Source: Macrostomum lignano (lineage: Eukaryota). Taken from it: a stretch of DNA of 64,000 nt. The stretch covers positions 1 through 64,000 of the forward strand of contig NIVC01002274.1 of the NCBI GenBank assembly GCA_002269645.1, in the 5' to 3' direction. Below the pieces are notes generated by a model. It was not told the origin of the DNA, did no database searches, and worked only from the letters and a program-made list of their open reading frames with translations. Position numbers and translations under genes: made by a program. This document shows, piece after piece, positions 55,401 through 64,000 of the stretch (its first letter is position 1; each line of letters begins with the position of its first letter).

Positions 55401-55821
55401 GTATATGAAATGAAGGATTCAGGTATATGAAATGAAGGATTCAGGTATATGAAATGAAGGATTCAGGTATATGAAATGAAGGATTCAGGTATATGAAATG
55501 AAGGATTCAGGTATATGAAATGAAGGATTCAGGTATATGAAATGAAGGAGCACCTCTCGCCGCACTAACAGAGGCGCGGGCCACACGCACGGCATGCTGC
55601 TGGAAGAAGTGACGCCTTTGATGCTTCGAGCAACTCAAAGCCTGCATTGCCAGCTGAAGGAGCTGTGCCGGAGGCTGTTCTTCATGCGGCACAATGTGCC
55701 CCAGCTGACTGCGCCGGCTCTGGTGAATTTTCACGCCATCCTGGCCGAGATCGTGCGCATGCTGCTGACCGACTTTGCCAGCTTCCCGGCCGGCCTCAAG
55801 CTGCCCGACCGAGCGGAGTGA
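52405..55821 (+). CDS. Uncharacterised ~351-aa Ser-rich/basic protein with a helical C-terminal region; exons 52405-52571, 53243-53413, 54508-54975, 55572-55821
   Basis: Four stop-free exons join in frame (1056 nt) through three GT-AG phase-2 introns (AT|GTGAGA, TT|GTGAGT, TT|GTGAGC; acceptors TACAG, TGCAG, CTAACAG); GC3-rich codon use in exons 3-4. Confidence 0.7.
52717..53150. repeat. Intronic minisatellite, 20-bp unit GATATCTACAATGGGTCATA
   Basis: About 21 copies in intron 52572-53242. Confidence 0.95.
53533..54378. repeat. Intronic minisatellite, 11-bp unit GTCAAGCTGAA
   Basis: About 76 copies in intron 53414-54507. Confidence 0.97.
55158..55547. repeat. Intronic minisatellite, 22-bp unit AGGATTCAGGTATATGAAATGA
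   Basis: About 18 copies in intron 54976-55571; degenerate precursors to the left. Confidence 0.97.
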
Positions 55822-56499
55822 GCGGCCAGCGATTTGACATATAGCATGCGTGCTTGCTTTTCTTTCGCTTGAATTTTGAATTCGCGCCAAAAATAGATTA
55901 CGGTAGAAAGAAAGGTTTCATTGTTTTAAATGAAAGTCCATGCAGTTTAAATTCAAGTTTATGTTCAAGAAAAATTAAAATACAGAGAATGCGAGCTTAA
56001 ATTTCAATAATAGTTTTTTGACTAAAACAAACAAACTTTTGGCGCTAATTTAAATTTTAAAATATCATCATTTAAATTTTGGGCAAAATAAGCCAGGATT
56101 TTGCTGCAAAGTGTACCAAGAAACGTGCGATCTATTTTTTCCTTTTTTATGCGCTAAGGTGGCCACCTAAAATGCTACCAGAAGTTCTGTGAATTTTTCA
56201 GCCCAGTTTTGCTCAAAGCACGGAAGGTTTTTATTTTCAAGTTTGCGATATATTTTCATAATTGGCGAATTATTTCGACTCCTATGCTAAAAGCAGCAGC
56301 GCGAAACCCATCAGAATATACAGAGGCAGAGAGAAATATTTTTGCAGCAGGAAGTTTCTTTTTTAAGTCTTGAGAGCGTGTCAAATGTTCGTTGGGGTTG
56401 CATGGATCCTGCAGCTGCTTAACTATTAACTATATCGTAGCTTTTATTAATGGTAGACTGCAGTTGTGGCACGGAGTGTTGGTGACTAGAGAGTTGACA

Positions 56500-56760
56500 A
56501 TGTTGGTGAGTGTTGGAGCATCCCCATTCGCTGCAGCAACAGCTGTTGGCGACCTGTGCCGACATTCGACATCGTCTGGCTCTGACCGACTCCCCGCAAT
56601 TATTGGACTGTGGGGAAGCTGACGACAGCGAGCACGTCTTGTTTCGTTGCCCCGTGGAGACGGTCGGCGCCTGGTCGGGAACGACACCGAGCGCCTCCTT
56701 AAGGATGGCCCGGGCTCTCGCTCCTGCGGTGCATGGGGCGTTATGAAGAAGAAGCAGCCA
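56500..56760 (+). mobile_element. Relic 3' end of a non-LTR retrotransposon ORF (C-terminal CCHC knuckle)
   Basis: RHRLALTDSPQ..DCGEADDSEHVLFRCP resembles the L.DSP.C.CGE....HVL..CP motif that follows LINE RT domains; no RT domain upstream. Confidence 0.6.
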
Positions 56761-56987
56761 CTGCCAATAAACTGCACTCGGCCATAGACAAAGAAGCCAA
56801 TCACTCGTAAGTTGATAATTAAAAGCCAAGGACTTTTTAATCACTTAGGACGGGAAGTGAAGTTGATAATCCTATTAAATCCCAGAATGCTTGATTTAAA
56901 ATTCTCTATGTAATCCAATTTACCTGTGCGCCTCGTCTATTCACCCAGTGTTAAATGAGCGGTGATAATCAGTAGCGTAACTCTGCT

Positions 56988-57308
56988 ACCATAGACAAAC
57001 CAACGAGATGGATAGACATCGATAGCGGAGTTAACTCATTACATGTATCTCCGGCGGAGATAAGGCTTTATATTCAGGTCGCACATGCCGTGGATTACAT
57101 ACAAAGAATCGCCTGATACTAGGAGATGAGCAATAGACAGTATCTCCTCGCGTCGCTCGGAATCTCCTAGTATCAGGCGATTCTTGTTTATTTTATTGTC
57201 TTTTAAACAGAGAGAAGAGTATTCAACAGCTTGGAATCAAACCTATTGAGCTAGGGGATTTAGCAAAGTTACAAAAGTACTTGACAATGCCTGGCAATTG
57301 TCTATGGT
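56988..57308. mobile_element. Candidate MITE: 11-bp terminal inverted repeat ACCATAGACAA, with internal hairpins
   Basis: ACCATAGACAA at 56988-56998 versus TTGTCTATGGT at 57298-57308; internal perfect 24-bp inverted repeat 57104-57127/57162-57185; no TSD seen. Confidence 0.4.
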
Positions 57309-57423
57309 CGAATAATAGTAAATGCTGACTGACTAAGTCATGTCTCATGCACTTTCCCTAGGCTAAGCTAAGTGAATAAATAAGCTTTACACATGCCCAG
57401 TAGGTCAGCTGAGAAGCGTAGCA

Positions 57424-57945
57424 ATGTATAATAGGGATAGGATGAGCACTACAGAGTCGCTGGTGATTGGTCCGGAGCTCCCTGGTCCTGGCCCAGTCAG
57501 CGAGAAGTCGGATCAAGCGCTCGGACAGGAGTACCTGAGCAACGGGCCAGTGCTGCTAATTGTCACTGTAGAGTACGACCGCTACATTGGCCGGGCCGTG
57601 TTTCTCCAGCTGCGCAAGGAGATCTACCAGCGCCTGGCCGGAGACGGCCGGCACAAGCAGCTGCTGGTCACCGGGCTGGCCGGCCGCTACAGGTCCTTCG
57701 AGATCCGGCTGCAGCACAAGCTGGTCTACTCGCGCCTGGAGACGCGCTTCTATCCGGACCCGAAGAGCATCGCCGACGCCATTCAGGATGCACTGGAGGG
57801 CCGACCGTTTCTCACCTGCAAGCCGTCTGAGTCCAGAGAGCTGGAGCTGGCGGCGCGGCCTCAGGTTAAGAAGACTGACAACAAGGAGGCCGACGGAAAG
57901 GTGGTTTTCGAAGAGAATATTGTCGACCGGGAAAGCAACGTGTAA
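57424..57945 (+). CDS. Rdx-family (SelW/MIEN1-like thioredoxin fold) protein lacking the CxxC/CxxU motif, 173 aa, intronless
   Basis: IVTVEY...SFEIRLQHKLVYSRLETRFYPDPKSIADAI aligns with the Rdx signature (VEYC..C...FEI.ING.L.FSKL..G.FP....I..AI); GC3-rich codons. Confidence 0.7.
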   Translation: MYNRDRMSTTESLVIGPELPGPGPVSEKSDQALGQEYLSNGPVLLIVTVEYDRYIGRAVFLQLRKEIYQRLAGDGRHKQLLVTGLAGRYRSFEIRLQHKLVYSRLETRFYPDPKSIADAIQDALEGRPFLTCKPSESRELELAARPQVKKTDNKEADGKVVFEENIVDRESNV

Positions 57946-58109
57946 AATGTAAAATGATTTTAAATCCATTTTAATGAGATGCTCAACTTGTTAAATCTGC
58001 TTTTGCAGTTGCTTCACTTGTGTCAAAATCAGCGTAAATTTAAAATGTCTGAAGAATTCCGTAATTTGAACACTACTAATCAACACATATAGTTTTACCT
58101 ATTGCTCGC

Positions 58110-58377
58110 CATCATAAACCCGAAAAATCACAACTCCGAAAGCACTTCCCATCATAAACCCGAAATATCAGAAACCCGAAAAATTACAACTCCGAAATTA
58201 ATAGCAACGCCCATCACAAACCCGAAATATCACAAACCCGAAATATCATAACTCCGAAAACCAAAATAGTGTTGGACATTGCTAGAACTTTCGGAGTTAT
58301 GATATTTCGGGTTTATGTTATTTCGGGTTTATGATGGAAAGCGCTTTTCGGAGTTTTGATTTTTCGGGTTTGTGATG
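58110..58377. mobile_element. Foldback-type element with inverted arms built from ~16-bp subrepeats (CATAAACCCGAAATAT / CAACTCCGAAA)
   Basis: 58110-58175 matches the reverse complement of 58310-58377; the arms are internally repetitive. Confidence 0.8.
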
Positions 58378-58435
58378 CCCCCCCCCCGGTTAATTTAAGT
58401 GCAGATGTGCTGGTTAGCATGACAGGCATTGAGGT

Positions 58436-58692
58436 TGGAGTGTAGGAATTTGGATTGGAGGGTAGGAATTTGGGTTGGAGGGTAGGAATTTGGATTGGAG
58501 GGTAGGAATTTGGGTTGGAGGGTAGGAATTTGGGTTGGAGGGTAGAAATTGGGGTTGGGGGTAGGAATTGGGTTTGGGGTAGGAATTGTTGTTGGACGGT
58601 GGGAATTGAGCTTGGGGTAGGAATTGGGGTTGGGGGTAGGAATTCGGTTGAAAGGATAGGAATTAGGGTTGGAGGGTGGGAATTGGGGTAGG
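58436..58692. repeat. G-rich imperfect 20-bp repeat GGAGGGTAGGAATTTGGGTT (G-quadruplex-prone)
   Basis: About 12 diverging copies with GGG runs. Confidence 0.9.
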
Positions 58693-59279
58693 AAGGTAAG
58701 AAGCAACGAAAGCAAGAAACTACAGAAGCCACTGTTTCAGACAGACTTATATCCGAGTCTAGGCAAGCCTGTCAATTGCGAGAGGAATAGAAGTTTATGA
58801 ATAATCAGCAACAATAACGAATTTATTTCCGGACTAGAAAGCAAAAGGAATTGAATCGATAGAAAATGTGATGCAGTACAGTAATATAACACTAATAGTA
58901 AAATGGACTAAAAACAAAAGAAAAAAATTTAAATTGAAGTTTAAAATTAAGAGTGCAGTTAAACAAAAACTGACTTTTGACTAGCATTGAAACAAACAAA
59001 TATAAGTACAATTTAAATACAATTGCTTGTGGGAAACTATTGGATTTATAGGAGCGCTATTCTTAGAAACACAACGATAACGTTAAAAAAATATGCTGCG
59101 GACGCTTAAGTCTTGCGCAAAGATTCAAAGAAAACTCAAGATGCAAAAATTTAAATTAAAAAATCAATTTAGTACGATTGAAAATTGATCTAGAAAATTT
59201 GTTACACCTAGAGAGAAGGCATGTATTCAAAATTTATATTGAGAAATTGGTCAGAAGGAGAAAGAGGAGAGAGAGGGAC

Positions 59280-60718
59280 AGAGATTTCAAACAGACAGAT
59301 TGAGAAACTGGTCAGGAAAGAGAGAGGAGACGGAGATCTCAAACAGACAGATTGAGAAACTGGTCAGGAAAGAGAGAGGAGACGGAGATCTCAAACAGAC
59401 AGATTGAGAAACTGGTCAGGAAAGAGAGAGGAGACGGAGATTTCAAACCGACAGATTGAGAAACTGGTCAGGAAAGAGAGAGGAGACGGAGATCTCAAAC
59501 AGACAGATTGAGAAACTGGTCAGGAAAGAGAGAGGAGACGGAGATTTCAAACAGACAGATTGAGAAACTGGTCAGGAAAGAGAGAGGAGACGGAGATCTC
59601 AAACAGACAGATTGAGAAACTGGTCAGGAAAGAGAGAGGAGACGGAGATTTCAAACAGACAGATTGAGAAACTGGTCAGGAAAGAGAGAGGAGACAGAGA
59701 TTTCAAACAGACAGATTGAGAAACTGGTCAGGAAAGAGAGAGGAGACGGAGATCTCAAACAGACAGATTGAGAAACTGGTCAGGAAAGAGAGAGGAGACG
59801 GAGATCTCAAACAGACAGATTGAGAAACTGGTCAGGAAAGAGAGAGGAGACGGAGATCTCAAACAGACAGATTGAGAAACTGGTCAGGAAAGAGAGAGGA
59901 GACGGAGATCTCAAACAGACAGATTGAGAAACTGGTCAGGAAAGAGAGAGGAGACGGAGATCTCAAACAGACAGATTGAGAAACTGGTCAGGAAAGAGAG
60001 AGGAGACGGAGATCTCAAACAGACAGATTGAGAAACTGGTCAGGAAAGAGAGAGGAGACGGAGATCTCAAACAGACAGATTGAGAAACTGGTCAGGAAAG
60101 AGAGAGGAGACGGAGATCTCAAACAGACAGATTGAGAAACTGGTCAGGAAAGAGAGAGGAGACGGAGATCTCAAACAGACAGATTGAGAAACTGGTCAGG
60201 AAAGAGAGAGGAGACGGAGATCTCAAACAGACAGATTGAGAAACTGGTCAGGAAAGAGAGAGGAGACGGAGATTTCAAACAGACAGATTGAGAAACTGGT
60301 CAGGAAAGAGAGACGAGACGGAGATCTCAAACAGACAGATTGAGAAACTGGTCAGGAAAGAGAGAGGAGACGGAGATCTCAAACAGACAGATTGAGAAAC
60401 TGGTCAGGAAAGAGAGAGGAGACGGAGATCTCAAACAGACAGATTGAGAAACTGGTCAGGAAAGAGAGAGGAGACGGAGATCTCAAACAGACAGATTGAG
60501 AAACTGGTCAGGAAAGAGAGAGGAGACGGAGATCTCAAACAGACAGATTGAGAAACTGGTCAGGAAAGAGAGAGGAGACGGAGATCTCAAACAGACAGAT
60601 TGAGAAACTGGTCAGGAAAGAGAGAGGAGACGGAGATCTCAAACAGACAGATTGAGAAACTGGTCAGGAAAGAGAGAGGAGACGGAGATCTCAAACAGAC
60701 AGATTGAGAAACTGGTCA
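59280..60718. repeat. Minisatellite, 52-bp unit GAGATCTCAAACAGACAGATTGAGAAACTGGTCAGGAAAGAGAGAGGAGACG
   Basis: About 27 near-identical copies (period 59341 to 59393 = 52). Confidence 0.98.
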
Positions 60719-61010
60719 GAAATGGTCAGGAGAGAGAAGAGGGAGCTCTCACACAGAGATATGGTGACACAGTACTGCAGAAACGACACCTCGGATATGT
60801 TAAAAACTGTCTCGGTTTGTCTATGAGAATTTTTAGTGGGTTTAGGAATTTTTGTTTGGAAAGTTAAGGAATTAGCAAGGACCACTAGTAGCAGAATATT
60901 GTTGCATAAACTTATTGTACTTTTAAGTCTCTGTTTCGCCTACAGCTAATGCAGCAGCATCGATATTACTTGCCAGGGAGGGGAGAGTCGTATCTAGTTA
61001 TAATAATTAG

Positions 61011-61955
61011 TCAACTTCTCTTTGATCTGAGCCGCCAGTTGCAGCCGTCAGAGTCCGGCTCAATTCTAATCGGATAAAGTAATAACAGCGGCCAGTACCG
61101 AGCCGGGCCAAGCGAAGCGCGCAGGTTGTCATAGCAACTATCCAGGCGGTAGCGCCGGTCCATGGCGGCAATCTCGGCCGGAGTCTGATTGCGCAACAGC
61201 AGCTGCAACTGCAGGAAGCCGTAGATGGCGGCGATGGCCAGGCAGGTCAGCTGGATGTAGAGGCTGAACACCGCGGCGGGCAGGGCGGCCGGCGCTGAGC
61301 CAGCGGCGAACCGGAGAGCGGCCGCCGGCAGCAACAGGCCGGACCAGCCGCCGCCAACATCGACGGCGTAGATGGCGAAGGCCAGCGAGCTGGTCGCCAG
61401 GCCGACGGTGCTGTACAGGCATAGCGCAAGGAAGTGGCCGTGAGTCCGGTGCCCGATGCAGCAGCAGAGCAGGTAGCAGTGAAAGTGGCGCCTCATGACG
61501 CACAGGTTGCACAGGCGGCAGTGCTCGGATCGCGGCGGCGACTCCGTCTGGCAGGCGAGGCATCTCTGGCGCCTGTCGCCCCCATCCTGCCAGGCCAGGA
61601 CGGCGGGGCTGGTCCGCTGGCAGTGGAAGCAGTGCACCACATTGTGCTCGTGATGCCCAATTATGCAGGCTCGATAGTTGAGAAAATTCTCCGCCACCAG
61701 GAAGGCAGTGGCCAAGACGGCGGCCCACCAACCGCTGTCAGCTGGTGAGAGTTGCGGCAGCACGCGGGTTAAGAAGAGGGCCGGGGTGGCAAGGAGGCAG
61801 TAGAAGTAGGCCAAGATGCCAAGCCTGTGCAGGTGATGCGGCTCGGTGGTGAAGCTGCGGCTCTGCATGTGCTCGCGCCAGGCGTTAGTGAGATTTGCGC
61901 TAGTCTTTGACTTGCTCTGGGATTCAAGTGACTCATTGGCGGCTAATTTAGCCAT
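61011..61955 (-). CDS. DHHC-family palmitoyltransferase homologue (closest to ZDHHC24 by recall), 314 aa, intronless; DHHC replaced by HFHC
   Basis: Cys-rich domain CLACQTESPPRSEHCRLCNLCVMRRHFHCYLLCCCIG, four hydrophobic segments, C-terminal DNLRASLGPARYWPLLLLYP..PDSDG resembling ZDHHC24. Confidence 0.88.
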   Translation of the reverse strand: MAKLAANESLESQSKSKTSANLTNAWREHMQSRSFTTEPHHLHRLGILAYFYCLLATPALFLTRVLPQLSPADSGWWAAVLATAFLVAENFLNYRACIIGHHEHNVVHCFHCQRTSPAVLAWQDGGDRRQRCLACQTESPPRSEHCRLCNLCVMRRHFHCYLLCCCIGHRTHGHFLALCLYSTVGLATSSLAFAIYAVDVGGGWSGLLLPAAALRFAAGSAPAALPAAVFSLYIQLTCLAIAAIYGFLQLQLLLRNQTPAEIAAMDRRYRLDSCYDNLRASLGPARYWPLLLLYPIRIEPDSDGCNWRLRSKRS

Positions 61956-63917
61956 TGCGTTGGCAGCAAAGATGATGGTTATAAAGGTATGAAATAACTG
62001 ATTCTGAGAGACAAAGAATTTATATTTAATAAATGTGCTTCAGACATTCATATCAGCTAGTCTATTAGAAAACAAGTATGTGGTTCTGAATTAAAAAAAT
62101 GATTATATACATGATAATAATTTCCACTAATCTTACATTCTATACTATAAAATTTTTAACTTTTATAATTTTTAAATTTTTTTATAGTGGCTATTTTTTA
62201 GTGTGAAGAATAGAAAATTTGAAGCAAATAAAGTTTAATTTTAAAAGCTAAAAATATTGTGTAAATTTTTGGCAAATCTGTAAAAAAAACTGTTAGTAAA
62301 TAGATGTCATATGGAAATACACTGAAACCCAAAGTCATTGCAAAGAGGTTTCCAAAGAAATAGTAAATAGATGATTAAATGTTGACAGAAAACAAAATCG
62401 ATTTGATATAGTTTTCAACCGTTTTATCACAGGAAATAATGTGCAGAGAATACATAGCCTTCCTTGCTTAATAAGATACAAATTTATAATACGAACCGTA
62501 AACAAAAATGAGACAGTAAAAAATTGCAGACTCCAATTTAAAAACTATTTGTGTCTCAGTGTTTTTAAATTAAATTTTATGTAACACTTATATGTAGCAC
62601 TGGCAGCATATAGTGTTTTAGTTGACTATTGATATAAAAAACAAAGGTAGTTACAATTGCAAAAACTTAATAAAAAATAAAGTCAAAAGTGCAGGTTTAC
62701 AATAATTATTTCAGATTTTTAGAAAAAATAAAGTCATTCTTTCAACTTGTGGTTTATATAGTTTTATATGTCACAGTTTCATAGATACATAGCACAGTGA
62801 GAGTACGAAAATTTATGTTACAATTACAACGCTAATGAGCTAGTTATTGTTATTGCCAATTTATTGTAGAATGTAGTCTTTAATAATTTGAGGTTGATTA
62901 CTGAAAATGATCGAGCGCAAGTGGCTACACTTAAATACCAACGTTTTAAAGAAAATGTACGTAATGAAAAATTCGTCATGGCAACAAGCTCTCTTTAAAC
63001 AAAAGGGAAATTATTGCATAATTATTTTAATAAAACCTAAAATATTATAAATAGCACATGCAGGAATATTTTATTAAATTTTTCGAAACTTGAATTTGAA
63101 AATTTTTCAGAGTTCAGAGTTAAACGCCAGTCCGATGAAGAAATATCGCGATTTGACGATTGATGAATTCCTGGTTAAAGAAGTGTCCCTAGCTGCTGGA
63201 ACTGGTCGCAACGTTCTGGTTATCATGTGCCATGTACTGTACATGTACATTTATAACTGGGGTACCTACATACATGTAAGCAGTTATCAATCATGCAGAA
63301 GCAGCTAGACTTTTGGTCTGGGCAAAATATACAGTAAACCCCCCCCCCCCAATGTTGGGGGGGGGGTAGTCCTTCTTGGGCTTTTGACGTCGAATTTTCG
63401 ATTTTTTTTGGCGTCGATCGCTTTTCGATCGTGTTTGACGTCATTAATTCGACTTCGAGGTCTCGACAATTCTTTCGTCGTCGCGACTTGTAAAACTTAT
63501 TTGACGTCATTCGAGGCCCAGCTGCATCAATGTTCTCAACATTGTTCTCAATGTTCTCAACAATGTTCTCAAATAGAAGGTAATCAAGACAACGTAAAAA
63601 ATACCAGTATTGTTACGCATATATTCATATAGTGATTATGCCTTTTAATACTAAATAGCAACATAAACTTTGTTATGTTTTCTAACCGAAAATTAGTTTG
63701 AGCCTTCTAAAGTTAAAAAATTTAACGTTGAAGTTGATTCTTATAATAAGTTAAGTTTAGCTAATTGACTAGCAATCTTCGCCCCCCGATGGGGGACATC
63801 TGGATAGAATCTCTGTTCTCTACAAGTAACAAAAAGACAGCCAAAAAATCCTTCACAAAGACAACAGACAAACTGCTCAAATGAAGTGCATTGCAAAAAG
63901 AAATCATCCCAAGACCG

Positions 63918-64000
63918 CAAGCATCCCCCAGATAGCAAGCATCCCCAAGATAGCAAGCATCCCCTAGATAGCAAGCATCCCCCAGATAGCAAGCATCCCC
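63918..64000. repeat. Start of a minisatellite, 17-18-bp unit GCAAGCATCCCC(C)AGATA, running off the window
   Basis: Five copies visible. Confidence 0.9.

Overview
Eukaryotic (metazoan) genomic DNA, not prokaryotic. GC-rich exons sit in AT-rich spacers, and roughly 39% of the window (about 25 kb by my hand count) is made of about 24 different micro/minisatellite arrays. My best guess is a free-living flatworm such as Macrostomum (ciliary genes, intron-poor genes, minisatellite load, RTE-like LINE); this is inference only. Genes supported: the 3' end of CCDC146 (three 1-nt indels), a 2-exon beta-propeller-like protein, synaptobrevin/VAMP, a 3-exon TMEM179-family gene, a 2-exon PHD+F-box+LRR gene, CFAP96 (C4orf47), a SNAG-less Snail zinc-finger gene, a 4-exon orphan gene not visible in the ORF track, an Rdx/SelW-MIEN1-fold protein lacking its redox motif, and a ZDHHC24-like protein with DHHC changed to HFHC. 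There are also two LINE relics and several MITE/foldback elements. Most long ORFs in the supplied track are translations of tandem repeats. Main finding: all seven coding introns I could reconstruct are phase 2, so the GTRA of each donor puts an in-frame stop at intron nt +2..+4. Each of these introns holds its own unrelated tandem array, and most lack the usual exonic AG at the donor, while the conserved genes nearby have intronless CDSs. All gene models are hand-derived, without transcript or database evidence.
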